Source: a virus (Duplodnaviria > Caudoviricetes). From it: a stretch of DNA of 39,355 nt. The first letter of the stretch is position 1. Every line of letters begins with the position of its first letter. A model generated the notes under the pieces. It was not told the origin of the DNA, ran no database searches, and saw only the letters and a program-made list of their open reading frames with translations. The translations under genes and the position numbers were made by a program. Below, piece after piece: positions 18,942 through 27,725 of this stretch. The DNA lies in IMG/VR virus record IMGVR_UViG_3300020045_005902, positions 1 through 39,355 of that record. One strand, written 5' to 3'.

Positions 18942-18968
18942 AACCCTCGCACCTCGTGAGGGTTTTTT
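18942..18968 (+). terminator. Rho-independent terminator
   Basis: AACCCTCGC-acctc-GTGAGGGTT followed by a T-run. Confidence 0.8.
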
Positions 18969-19029
18969 ATTTATACCAACTCTAAATTAACTCCGTTTGC
19001 ATTTTGTATTGATTTTTTCATTACATTTG
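18969..19029 (+). promoter_or_regulatory. 19-bp box plus promoter
   Basis: ATTTATACCAACTCTAAAT at 18969-18987; TTTG at 18996; TACATTTG at 19022. Confidence 0.6.
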
Positions 19030-19055
19030 CTATTATTAATTTTAAATAGAGAGTT

Positions 19056-19463
19056 ATGGAAGCAGTAAAAATGTTTAACTTAGAGTTGCAAAAATTAGAA
19101 AAAAGTTTTTTAGAATCATTAAGAACTATAAAAGTAGAGCTATCACAAGAAGCGGTTTGCAATATAAGTGATAATGTAATAGAATTAGGTATTTTGGCTC
19201 CAAAAGAAAAACAAGAAAAAGGATATAAAATATTATTTGGTTCTGAAATAGATTTGTATTGTGCAAATAAATCTATTTTACGTAATAAAGAAAATACAAT
19301 TAATTTTGGAACTTCTGGAAGTTTTACTCCTAACGATAAAAGTAGTTATTGGAGGATTGTTCACGCATATTCAGTATTAAAAAAATGGAATAAAGTTAGC
19401 GAAACAGTCAATTCACATTGTAAGATGTATTCTGAATTATTTGATAATTATAAAAACCAATAA
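19056..19463 (+). CDS. Hypothetical protein
   Basis: 135 aa ORF directly after a promoter. Confidence 0.7.
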   Translation: MEAVKMFNLELQKLEKSFLESLRTIKVELSQEAVCNISDNVIELGILAPKEKQEKGYKILFGSEIDLYCANKSILRNKENTINFGTSGSFTPNDKSSYWRIVHAYSVLKKWNKVSETVNSHCKMYSELFDNYKNQ

Positions 19464-19466
19464 CCT

Positions 19467-19817
19467 ATGAACCTAAAAAACGGAATGAAAGTATTTGCAG
19501 ACTGCGAAGTTAATAGCGACAGACTGACAAGAAATAAACGCTACACAATTATAGAAACGACTAATCGTGATGATTTATTTTATATAAAAAATGATTTTGG
19601 AGATACTATACCTTGCGTTCTAAATGGTTGTAGTTGGTTAAAAGGCGGTAACTGGCAAATAGCCGAACCCGAAAACTCTCAATTTCAATTTCGCTTAAAA
19701 TCAAAACGCAAAAAAGCCATACAAAACCACCGAAAAAACAACACTAATTACACGTCAGATAGCGCTTACATACTTGCGCTTATTGATGCGGATATTGAGA
19801 AATTTAAAAATAAATAA
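19467..19817 (+). CDS. Hypothetical protein with possible C-terminal ribbon-helix-helix domain
   Basis: C-terminal QFQFRL strand, a helix, then SAYILALIDADI, a CopG/Arc-like pattern. Confidence 0.45.
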   Translation: MNLKNGMKVFADCEVNSDRLTRNKRYTIIETTNRDDLFYIKNDFGDTIPCVLNGCSWLKGGNWQIAEPENSQFQFRLKSKRKKAIQNHRKNNTNYTSDSAYILALIDADIEKFKNK

Positions 19818-19819
19818 TT

Positions 19820-20299
19820 ATGAAATTAGAAGAGAAAGACATCCGAGTGGGTAATTTATTAAAACCTTTATCTTTAGGAGAATTAGAGCATGTTGCAAAA
19901 GTAACTTGTATTATTACTGATACAATTGGGATTGAGTTGATAGATGAAAATTATGAGGAATATTTATCAACTCGGAACGATGTAGATATTAAAAATTTAC
20001 GTGGCATAGAATTAACCGAAGATTGGTTGGTTCGTTGTGGTTTTGTTTATAAAGAGCAAGTAATCGAAAATCAGTACGAAAAGTTTGATAGGTACATTTG
20101 GCACAATCCAAATAGAAGCAAGCCGAATTATGAAGTTCATTTTATTGAAAGTTGTTACGGTGGTCAATTCCATAAGGAAATAGTTTATTCTTTTGATATT
20201 GAAGAAAGACAACGAGTATTTCAAACTGACTACGTACATAATTTACAAAATCATTTTCAAATATCAATGGGCGAAGAACTAACAATTAAAACCGAGTAA
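19820..20299 (+). CDS. YopX-like phage protein
   Basis: DIRVGN, IELTEDWLVRCGF and YVHNLQN...GEEL motifs. Confidence 0.55.
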   Translation: MKLEEKDIRVGNLLKPLSLGELEHVAKVTCIITDTIGIELIDENYEEYLSTRNDVDIKNLRGIELTEDWLVRCGFVYKEQVIENQYEKFDRYIWHNPNRSKPNYEVHFIESCYGGQFHKEIVYSFDIEERQRVFQTDYVHNLQNHFQISMGEELTIKTE

Positions 20300-20301
20300 T
20301 T

Positions 20302-20652
20302 ATGAAATTAACAGGAATAGCAAAGGAGAGGTTTTTAGATTATTATTGGAAAAACTATATAGGCAAAACACGATTTTTAAATCAGAAATCAGAAACAGAG
20401 GATTTTTTTGATTCATTGTATCCTGTTTTTAAAACCGCATTGATTATTGATTGGTTTAGAGAATTTGTAGGTTACGAAATAAAAGCTACATCATGGAAAA
20501 ATGTAAATGAAATAGTTTACTATTTTTCTTGTGAAAAAGTTGGAGAACCATCGAAATATAATTCTAATGAATGTACTGCTAAAAGCCATAAAGAAGCCAT
20601 CGAATCCGCAATTATAAAGGCAAATGAAATTTTTAATGAATTAAATAAATAA
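20302..20652 (+). CDS. Hypothetical phage protein
   Basis: Tightly packed ORF. Confidence 0.7.
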   Translation: MKLTGIAKERFLDYYWKNYIGKTRFLNQKSETEDFFDSLYPVFKTALIIDWFREFVGYEIKATSWKNVNEIVYYFSCEKVGEPSKYNSNECTAKSHKEAIESAIIKANEIFNELNK

Positions 20653-20657
20653 GAGAG

Positions 20658-20858
20658 ATGAATATAATAACAAAATACAAAGTTTATGAACTCAACAATG
20701 TTTTGGGAAGTTCACGACACAAAGCACTTGAAGAGGTTGGGTTTAATAATGGTAATAACTTCGATACAGAAGAAGAAGCTATTAAAGCAATTGTAGATGC
20801 TGAAAAGTTCTACGAAGATTACGTTATTTTAAAAACAGTTTATATAAATAATTTTTAA
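20658..20858 (+). CDS. Hypothetical phage protein
   Basis: Tightly packed ORF; FDTEEEAI motif. Confidence 0.65.
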   Translation: MNIITKYKVYELNNVLGSSRHKALEEVGFNNGNNFDTEEEAIKAIVDAEKFYEDYVILKTVYINNF

Positions 20859-20859
20859 T

Positions 20860-21087
20860 ATGAAAAAATCAATCACCCTATTAACCGCTCTACTATTAAT
20901 CAGTTGTGGAACAAGAAAAGAAATACCAATTATTATTGGATATTACAATGAGAATGGAAATTCAGATGAATTTTACTGCGATTCCATACAAAGGAATAAT
21001 TATGGAATAACCGCTTTTAAAGACGGATTAAAAATAGAATTAAGTAACTCAGATTTTAAATCAATAGCTTTTAATAATAACCGCTAA
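20860..21087 (+). CDS. Small lipoprotein
   Basis: MKKSITLLTALLLIS|C lipobox. Confidence 0.7.
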   Translation: MKKSITLLTALLLISCGTRKEIPIIIGYYNENGNSDEFYCDSIQRNNYGITAFKDGLKIELSNSDFKSIAFNNNR

Positions 21088-21099
21088 AAAATTATACAG

Positions 21100-21831
21100 A
21101 TGAAAGAAATTAAAAACACCACAAAAGAATTAAAACCATATATCGGTAAAAAAATAACGATACATATAAAAAATCGTTCCGATCCTAAAACGGGTATTTT
21201 AGAAGAAATTGTTAGAAAGCAAATTCATATGTGCGGTGATTGGTTTAGCATGAGTAATTTAAGTAAAGTTTTAGGAATTTTTACACTATTATTTTTTGTT
21301 TCGTGTGGCACAAGACGAACAAACAAATCTTTAACCAAATCCGAAAGCGAAACTAAAACGGAAATTGCAATAGTTGATAAAACGGTAACGGAAACGAAAG
21401 AGGAAACCAATGTAAATGTTTCAACCAAAACCGAAATAAATAAGGAAACGAACGAAACAATCAAAACTACTAACGTTAAGCCAATTGACAATACAAAACC
21501 AGCAATTTACAAAGACGCTAAAGGCAATGTAATTGATTTAACCAACTCCGAACTCACAACAACAGAAACGATACGTAAAGCTAAAGAAACGGTAAAAGAT
21601 AGTGCAGTGGTCGGAAAAAACGAGAAGTTGTCTAAAAACGAAGAAAATGACCTAAATATTAAAGGTAAGAACGAAACCGAAGCGAGCGATTTGAATAAAA
21701 ACGGAAATACACATCGAACCAACGTTGGAAAATGGTGGCAATGGTTAATTTTTGTCGGACTTGTTATTGGTTTGTTTTGGTGGGTTTGGTGGAGTAAAAG
21801 AAAGGTTGAGGAGAAAAGTAGTATTAATTAA
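21100..21831 (+). CDS. Putative unimolecular spanin-like lipoprotein (lipobox internal; alternative start at 21250)
   Basis: MSNLSKVLGIFTLLFFVS|C signal, T/E/K-rich extended region and C-terminal TM (WWQWLIFVGLVIGLFWWVWW). Confidence 0.6.
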   Translation: MKEIKNTTKELKPYIGKKITIHIKNRSDPKTGILEEIVRKQIHMCGDWFSMSNLSKVLGIFTLLFFVSCGTRRTNKSLTKSESETKTEIAIVDKTVTETKEETNVNVSTKTEINKETNETIKTTNVKPIDNTKPAIYKDAKGNVIDLTNSELTTTETIRKAKETVKDSAVVGKNEKLSKNEENDLNIKGKNETEASDLNKNGNTHRTNVGKWWQWLIFVGLVIGLFWWVWWSKRKVEEKSSIN

Positions 21832-21843
21832 ATAAATTTAAAA

Positions 21844-22034
21844 ATGGAAAAATTAGGTGAAGTTATAGTTATTTTGTGTGTAGCGTGTGTTTTATTATTT
21901 TGGGGATGTTACGAGTTAGTTGATTGGTTGTTTATTGATGATGCTATAAAATGTAGTAAACCAATAACTCCAGAAATACAATTAGTTGTAAAAAGAACGT
22001 TGTAGATACTATTTATGTTTATAGACAGCCTTAA
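21844..22034 (+). pseudogene. Small membrane protein with an apparent 1-nt frameshift near its 3' end
   Basis: ORF 21844-22005 has an N-terminal TM; the -1 frame after the A5 run (21990-21994) continues KNVVDTIYVYRQP* to 22034. Confidence 0.45.
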
Positions 22035-22084
22035 AAATTAACGTATTTAATAATTACCTAAACCATCCTAACCGATGATTTTTT

Positions 22085-22167
22085 ATTTAGAATCAATATA
22101 AATTACTCTATTAATTAAAAATAAATTAAATTAATACAAATTAATTAAAATAACTTTTATATATTTG
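22085..22167 (+). promoter_or_regulatory. 19-bp box, 10-bp phased AT repeats and promoter of the early-gene block
   Basis: ATTTAGAATCAATATAAAT at 22085-22103; TTAATTAAAA-like units at 22111-22150; TATATTTG at 22160. Confidence 0.6.
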
Positions 22168-22202
22168 CTCTATCAAATTATAGCAATTAAAAAATAGAGA
22201 TT

Positions 22203-22610
22203 ATGGAAACTAAAATCAAAGACCTTATTGAAAAATCAGAACTAAACCAAATGCAGAAAAATATTGCAAAAGGATTTATTGACAGAGCGACCGCTTTTGA
22301 GGAAGAAAATAAACAAACTGTTGATTTAATAAAGTCATTAGAATATAAATTGCATTCAATTAAAAAAGTTTGTATTAAAACTGAAAACTATATAATCTAT
22401 CAATTAACACCTAATGAAAAAGACGAATGGAGTATAAAATATCCATTCAGAAGCATAATCAAATCAAAAGATAATTGGTTTAAAACAAGCATGGTTTCGC
22501 ATAATATTGATGTAGCCGTGTTAGTTGCTTTGCAAGAACTTTATTTAGGAGCAAACAGTGATTTTGCAGACTTTTCAATGAAAATATTAGAAATACCTCA
22601 ATTAGATTAA
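22203..22610 (+). CDS. Hypothetical protein
   Basis: 135 aa; first gene after a promoter. Confidence 0.7.
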   Translation: METKIKDLIEKSELNQMQKNIAKGFIDRATAFEEENKQTVDLIKSLEYKLHSIKKVCIKTENYIIYQLTPNEKDEWSIKYPFRSIIKSKDNWFKTSMVSHNIDVAVLVALQELYLGANSDFADFSMKILEIPQLD

Positions 22611-22612
22611 TT

Positions 22613-22768
22613 ATGAACAATAAACCAAAAAACGAACGAAACGCAGGCAAAAAGCCAAAGTACAAAGAGGGTGTAGAAACGTGTAAAATACACCCCTTAA
22701 TCCCTAAACAAGTCAGAAAACAATGTTTAGAAGCTATTGAGAAAATTGTTGAACCTTTTAAAAATTAA
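22613..22768 (+). CDS. Small basic putative DNA-binding protein (51 aa)
   Basis: Read from sequence: MNNKPKNERNAGKKPKYKEGVETCKIHPLIPKQVRKQCLEAIEKIVEPFKN*; AT-hook-like RNAGKKP. Confidence 0.55.
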   Translation: MNNKPKNERNAGKKPKYKEGVETCKIHPLIPKQVRKQCLEAIEKIVEPFKN

Positions 22769-22772
22769 AGAT

Positions 22773-22940
22773 ATGAAAATTTCAGAATTAAAAATAAACG
22801 ACAAATTACAACACGGAGTTAAAGGCGAAATGACCGTAGTTGATGTCACAAAAAGAACTGTAACATTTGTACATAAATTTGGCACAACTAAGATTACATA
22901 CAGAAACAACGACGCTAATGTTTATCCATCAGATTTTTAA
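22773..22940 (+). CDS. Hypothetical protein
   Basis: ATG 22773 preferred over 22737 to avoid overlap. Confidence 0.6.
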   Translation: MKISELKINDKLQHGVKGEMTVVDVTKRTVTFVHKFGTTKITYRNNDANVYPSDF

Positions 22941-22943
22941 GCT

Positions 22944-23330
22944 ATGATACATTCAGACGACCAATTATGGCGCAAAGATTCGCCAACGCAACAAGTAGAC
23001 GAAACTCCACAATACGCCTATCGACTAAACATTGATAACGGTGCGGATTTTGACCAAAACTACGACACGCCCTACACTTACGACGAGTGTGTTAATTTAG
23101 TAAAAATCAAAATGTATAACCCCGATTCAGCAGAAAATATATCAATTGAAAGATATATGTTAAATGGCGATGAAATTATTAGCGTTTACGATTTTAATAG
23201 AGCGAAGTGGTTAAAATTTAGTTTGCAGTATTTAGAATTAATTGACTTGCGAGAGGCATTTGATTTAAGTTCCGACCAAGTTTTAGAAATGAATCAGTTG
23301 AAAAAGTATTTAGATTTTAAAAGACGGTAG
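22944..23330 (+). CDS. Hypothetical protein
   Basis: Packed ORF. Confidence 0.7.
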   Translation: MIHSDDQLWRKDSPTQQVDETPQYAYRLNIDNGADFDQNYDTPYTYDECVNLVKIKMYNPDSAENISIERYMLNGDEIISVYDFNRAKWLKFSLQYLELIDLREAFDLSSDQVLEMNQLKKYLDFKRR

Positions 23331-23332
23331 TT

Positions 23333-23563
23333 ATGGATGTTTATTATAAGGTAATTACTGTTTGGTGTGATTATCCCTTTCAAGATGTAGTTGATTACAA
23401 GTATGTTGAATTTTATACAAAAACAAAAAGCAAAGGGAGTAAACGGTACAAAAAAATAGATGACATTCCTTTTGAAAAAAATACAACTTTAGTAACAAAA
23501 ATGCCTTTTTTAAAAGAAAAACTAAAACAGTCAAAAATTACATTGATTAAATTAAAATTTTAA
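23333..23563 (+). CDS. Hypothetical protein
   Basis: Packed ORF. Confidence 0.6.
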   Translation: MDVYYKVITVWCDYPFQDVVDYKYVEFYTKTKSKGSKRYKKIDDIPFEKNTTLVTKMPFLKEKLKQSKITLIKLKF

Positions 23564-23566
23564 ATT

Positions 23567-23869
23567 ATGAAAAAACTATTAAGCTATCTTTTCGGGTGGA
23601 TGCTTTCCAACGACGAGAAAAAAGACCACGTAAACGGATGTTTACAATTGATTTGCAAAGACCACGATTATCAAACGCAAATATTGATTTTTGAGCTATT
23701 AGAAGCGGAGTTTGTTGTTAAAATGATGCAGAGCAAAGAAAAAGAATTAAAATTGATTAGCGATGCTAAAAAGAATGTTTCTATTATTGATAGGTTTTTG
23801 AAAGCGGATGCGGTTGCGGAAATTAAAGTTATTGACCCAGTATTTGAACAACCAATTAAAACAAATTAG
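23567..23869 (+). CDS. Hypothetical protein
   Basis: Packed ORF. Confidence 0.7.
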   Translation: MKKLLSYLFGWMLSNDEKKDHVNGCLQLICKDHDYQTQILIFELLEAEFVVKMMQSKEKELKLISDAKKNVSIIDRFLKADAVAEIKVIDPVFEQPIKTN

Positions 23870-23874
23870 AAATT

Positions 23875-24723
23875 ATGAACATTAAAGACTACAAAAAAAC
23901 AGATAATTTTCAACCCGTTGCAATGAAATGCACAGAGAAACAATTCAATGAAATGAAGCCGATACTTGAGGGGTTTGGTATTAAAATTAGCCATACAATT
24001 GGAAATTTTAAAAGATTTACTTATTTAACAAATTTTAATATGGGTATTAAAAATCGAGTAAATAATGTTGAGAATCCATTGCACGAAGATTTTAAAAGAG
24101 ATAAAATCCCCTACAACCAAGAATCGTTTTTAAAAGCGTGCGGTATTGAGCGCATTAAATATCCCGAAATCAACCTATCAAAAATAACACCTGATTTAAT
24201 CCGTGAACTAAACAAAGACCCAAACATTCACAATATTTTAGTGAAAGAGGGGGTTATTAAGCCGAAGTTTGAAGCAAGAAGGTGGTATAAATTTAAAAAC
24301 GCTCTTTGTTTTTATGAATCAAAAGAAAAACAATATGGGATTCATAATGATGGTTCTTGGATTGAAAAATGCTGCTGGCTTAATTATGATGTATTAGGAG
24401 ATAATGAGAATTGGATTCAAGCCACCCCAGCCGAAGTAATCGAAAGGCTAAAAGCCGAAGCGGTTAAGAAGGGATTTGTTGAGGGTGCAAAAGTAAAAAG
24501 TTTATGGAAAGATAGTGTTGGAACTTTAGATTTAGGATTTAAAACTGATTTACAAGAAAATGGTTTTTGGATGGGTGGATATTGCTTAATGAAAAACGGC
24601 ATTTGGGCAACCATAATCAACGAACCCAAACCCGCCTATATCCAAGTACCAATATCGGAAATAGACAACCTTAGTTCTAAAAAATTAGGTCGATTTGTTA
24701 AGGAGTTGAGAGAGAATTATTAA
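23875..24723 (+). CDS. Hypothetical modular phage protein
   Basis: 282 aa; VAMKCTEKQF and ATPAEVIERLKAEAVKKGF modules. Confidence 0.75.
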   Translation: MNIKDYKKTDNFQPVAMKCTEKQFNEMKPILEGFGIKISHTIGNFKRFTYLTNFNMGIKNRVNNVENPLHEDFKRDKIPYNQESFLKACGIERIKYPEINLSKITPDLIRELNKDPNIHNILVKEGVIKPKFEARRWYKFKNALCFYESKEKQYGIHNDGSWIEKCCWLNYDVLGDNENWIQATPAEVIERLKAEAVKKGFVEGAKVKSLWKDSVGTLDLGFKTDLQENGFWMGGYCLMKNGIWATIINEPKPAYIQVPISEIDNLSSKKLGRFVKELRENY

Positions 24724-24742
24724 TTGTTAAAATTATAGAGTT

Positions 24743-24934
24743 ATGGAAATATTAAAATCATTTAAAGCAGATGTTAAAGAAACAGATTTAAAATATGGCA
24801 CGGTTTCTTTTGCAAGTTGGGAGCGATTAAAACCATTTTTAAACACCGCTTTATCTATAACAGAGAAAGAAGAAATAGTAGGTATTAGGATTGATAAAGA
24901 TGGAATTACGGCTAAAATAGAATATAAACATTAA
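24743..24934 (+). CDS. Hypothetical protein
   Basis: Packed ORF. Confidence 0.65.
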   Translation: MEILKSFKADVKETDLKYGTVSFASWERLKPFLNTALSITEKEEIVGIRIDKDGITAKIEYKH

Positions 24935-24939
24935 CCAAC

Positions 24940-24966
24940 CCCGCCACCGCTTAACAATGTGGCGGG
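24940..24966. other. GC-rich intergenic hairpin without a good U-tract
   Basis: CCCGCCAC/GTGGCGGG 8-bp stem. Confidence 0.5.
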
Positions 24967-24981
24967 TTAAAAAAGTATAGT

Positions 24982-25257
24982 ATGTACGATATCGACTTTT
25001 CAAAATTATACACGGTTGAAAGAATGGCACATTTGCTAAATTTAACAAAAGTCGCTATTCAATACCGAATCAAACAAAAGTTTATTAATCCCGAAGCTAT
25101 TAAAGGAAATGTTCACTATTACAATGAGAATGATTTTTCAATTATTAGAAACTTTAATAGCGTTGCGGTTAACAAAAACAAATTAGGGCCTTTCGAGGTT
25201 ATCTACGTAACACAAACTTATCACATTTATAATAGCAAAATTAATTATGAAAACTAA
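24982..25257 (+). CDS. HTH DNA-binding protein (MerR/excisionase-like)
   Basis: YTVERMAHLLNLTKVAIQYRIK HTH followed by a wing (HYYNEND). Confidence 0.6.
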   Translation: MYDIDFSKLYTVERMAHLLNLTKVAIQYRIKQKFINPEAIKGNVHYYNENDFSIIRNFNSVAVNKNKLGPFEVIYVTQTYHIYNSKINYEN

Positions 25258-25450
25258 ACCCGACAAAACAATCCACGAAATCAATCAAGAACTAAAAGCA
25301 AAAGCTAAAAAATCAGCTTTGAAATATATTGAAATTGAAAAAATCAGAACTATGAGTGGTGCGGTTTGGATGCAATCGCCCGATGGTAAAACACGCATTC
25401 ACACTAAACGAGTAAATGAATTTTTAAAAGAGGGGTTTAAATTGATATGA
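25247..25450 (+). CDS. Hypothetical protein
   Basis: Packed ORF. Confidence 0.6.
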   Translation: MKTKPDKTIHEINQELKAKAKKSALKYIEIEKIRTMSGAVWMQSPDGKTRIHTKRVNEFLKEGFKLI

Positions 25451-25851
25451 ATATAGAGAAAATAATTTATGAGACTACAAGAGAAATTTATAGCGTTGAG
25501 GACAAATTAAGTATTGCAACAATTTTTTTATTTTGTAACAAACTCGATACAAAACTTTTTTCTGAATTGCTTTATACTGATAATATTGAAGATTTTATCG
25601 AAAAGCTAAATTCTGAATATTACAGTTACGATGTTGATTTTTCAATAAAACTAAAAGATAAAAATGTATTGAACGCATTTAGATTAACACGTGAAAAAGT
25701 TATATCAGTTGAAGATAAAGACGGGTTTTATAAAGCAGTATTTGAAAAAGACCCTTTTGCATTAGTGATATGCGATATTGTTAATTTTAATTTTGATAAA
25801 GTTGGTTTCATTAAAAATATAGAATCAATTCAATTAAAATTTAACTTCTAA
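25447..25851 (+). CDS. Hypothetical protein
   Basis: 134 aa ORF. Confidence 0.7.
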   Translation: MNIEKIIYETTREIYSVEDKLSIATIFLFCNKLDTKLFSELLYTDNIEDFIEKLNSEYYSYDVDFSIKLKDKNVLNAFRLTREKVISVEDKDGFYKAVFEKDPFALVICDIVNFNFDKVGFIKNIESIQLKFNF

Positions 25852-25869
25852 TTTAGAACCATTCCAAAC
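25851..25869. promoter_or_regulatory. 19-bp box (degenerate)
   Basis: ATTTAGAACCATTCCAAAC, overlapping the stop of the upstream gene. Confidence 0.5.
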
Positions 25870-25920
25870 CCCAACTAAAAAATAATTTGTATATTTATTA
25901 ATAATTAAAATAGAGAAAAG

Positions 25921-26091
25921 ATGAATCAAACATTCCACGAATTCTGCCAATTTTACAACGGCATTGATTTTTACAATATGTACGGAGGATTGGTTTATAA
26001 ATTCCAAGTATATTGGAGTGGATTAAACCACATAGAAATCGAAAAGAAATACACCTTAAAACAAAGACCACCAATAAGAATTAATTATTAA
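25921..26091 (+). CDS. Small hypothetical protein (56 aa)
   Basis: Read from sequence: MNQTFHEFCQFYNG...RPPIRINY*. Confidence 0.5.
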   Translation: MNQTFHEFCQFYNGIDFYNMYGGLVYKFQVYWSGLNHIEIEKKYTLKQRPPIRINY

Positions 26092-26105
26092 AAAATAAAG
26101 AGAAA

Positions 26106-26618
26106 ATGGAAACAAAAACACACATTGACAAATTAAGAAACCCGAACTACTTAGGTGGCTGGGATTTAATGGACGACAACGGCAAAACTATAAACCGTGT
26201 CGTAACTATAAAAGAGATTAAAACCGAAGCGGTATTTAATCAAACTAAGCAAGAAAATCAAGACGTTATCACTTTATTTTTTGTAGAGTGTAAACCGATG
26301 ATTTTAAACGCTACCAATCGTAAAACGCTTAAAAAAGTTACAGAAACCGAGTACATCGAAGATATGGTTGGCAAAAAGATTGAGCTTACCACAAAGAAAA
26401 TCAAAGCGTTTGGAGAGTTTCACGATGCTATTCGTATTGTAGCGTCGAAACCAGTAGCAAACGAAAAACCAGTTGATGTAAATGTTTGCCTAACCAAATT
26501 AAAAGACTGCAAAACCTTAGCCGAACTGCAATCGGTTTGGAGTAGTTTTACGCAAAAAGAACAATCACCAACCGAAGTATTAGCCGAAAAAGATAGACTT
26601 AAAAACGTTCTTAAATAA
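26106..26618 (+). CDS. Putative recombination/ssDNA-binding or annealing protein
   Basis: YLGGWDL and KPMILNATN motifs; coupled to the exonuclease gene; function inferred from synteny. Confidence 0.45.
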   Translation: METKTHIDKLRNPNYLGGWDLMDDNGKTINRVVTIKEIKTEAVFNQTKQENQDVITLFFVECKPMILNATNRKTLKKVTETEYIEDMVGKKIELTTKKIKAFGEFHDAIRIVASKPVANEKPVDVNVCLTKLKDCKTLAELQSVWSSFTQKEQSPTEVLAEKDRLKNVLK

Positions 26619-27271
26619 TGAAAGCGCATTTTGAAATTGAGCAGGGTTCGATAGATTGGTATTTAATCAAACACGGTAAAATCGGCGGTACTCGTTCGGC
26701 AGGATTGTTTAATAAAACCGATACTTTATTTTTTGAACTACTTGCCGAAATGACCGAACGATACGACGAGGACAACGACGAAGAACCGTATCTATCAGAT
26801 GCGATGGAACGTGGAAAATCTTTAGAACCTCAAGCAAGAATAGAACTTCAAAAATATACTGGTATCGAGTTTTTAGAATGTGGTTGGATTCAATCAGACC
26901 ACGAACTTTTAGGAATTAGCCCCGATGGAATTTCAAATACTTTAACTGAGCAATGCGAAATTAAATGCTTAGGAGCAAAAGAGCATTTAAGAATTTGTTT
27001 AAGTGGTAAAATACCGTTAAAACACCTTGACCAATGCATTCACGCTTTTACGGTTAATCCTAAATTAGAAAGGATGTTTTTTATGGCGTACAGACCCGAA
27101 AGCCCATGTCCTATAAAAGTGATTGAATTAAAACGGGATGATGTTGTGAATATTGGTACTGCATCAAAACCGAATAACAAAACGATTAAAGAGTGTACAG
27201 AAATAGCAATTGCAGAGGCTAATAGACTGCAAAAAGAACTAAAAGAATCAATTAATAAATTAAATTTTTAA
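26618..27271 (+). CDS. YqaJ/lambda-exonuclease family nuclease
   Basis: QGSIDW...GKIGGT, AMERGKSLEPQAR, GISPDG and EIKC (PD-(D/E)xK) motifs. Confidence 0.9.
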   Translation: MKAHFEIEQGSIDWYLIKHGKIGGTRSAGLFNKTDTLFFELLAEMTERYDEDNDEEPYLSDAMERGKSLEPQARIELQKYTGIEFLECGWIQSDHELLGISPDGISNTLTEQCEIKCLGAKEHLRICLSGKIPLKHLDQCIHAFTVNPKLERMFFMAYRPESPCPIKVIELKRDDVVNIGTASKPNNKTIKECTEIAIAEANRLQKELKESINKLNF

Positions 27272-27275
27272 ACTA

Positions 27276-27557
27276 ATGGAAGTAATCGGAAAAGTAAAAG
27301 TAGTAAAAGAAACGCAAGAAGTAAGCGCAACATTCAAAAAACGTGAATTTGTAGTAACAACGCAAGAACAATTTCCACAAGATATTATAATGGAAGTAAC
27401 GCAAGATAAAGTTTCATTATTAGATGGGTTGCAAGTTGGCGTAGAGGTTACTGCACACATTAATTTACGAGGTCGTGAATGGATTAATCCAAAAGGCGAG
27501 GCGCAATATTTTAACACTATTCAATGTTGGAAATTAGATAAAAAAAATAATTTTTAA
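27276..27557 (+). CDS. DUF3127-family OB-fold protein (putative SSB)
   Basis: FKKREFVV, QFPQ, INLRGREW and YFNTIQCWKL motifs. Confidence 0.85.
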   Translation: MEVIGKVKVVKETQEVSATFKKREFVVTTQEQFPQDIIMEVTQDKVSLLDGLQVGVEVTAHINLRGREWINPKGEAQYFNTIQCWKLDKKNNF

Positions 27558-27566
27558 CAAAAATTA

Positions 27567-27601
27567 CCCCGCTTTTTATTAGTTTAATTAGCGGGGATTT
27601 T
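27567..27601 (+). terminator. Probable terminator hairpin
   Basis: CCCCGCT...AGCGGGG followed by ATTTT. Confidence 0.5.
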
Positions 27602-27602
27602 G

Positions 27603-27706
27603 TATGTTTGTAATGTCGTTGCACTACCGACTGGAAAAGATTAACGTTACAATTGTAACGTAACCGAGAAACCCAATAGATAGTAGTGCATCTGTTGGGT
27701 TTTCTC
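27603..27706 (+). promoter_or_regulatory. Promoter and three-hairpin structured leader of the replication gene
   Basis: TATGTTTG at 27603; hairpins at 27615-27631, 27645-27660 and 27666-27706; loops 1 and 3 are complementary. Confidence 0.65.
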
Positions 27707-27725
27707 ATTTTATAAAATAATCCTT

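Noticed and set aside
18106-27725. tRNA genes, integrase or lysogeny module
   Set aside because: No cloverleaf/T-loop signature or recombinase motifs seen; lifestyle cannot be determined from this partial window
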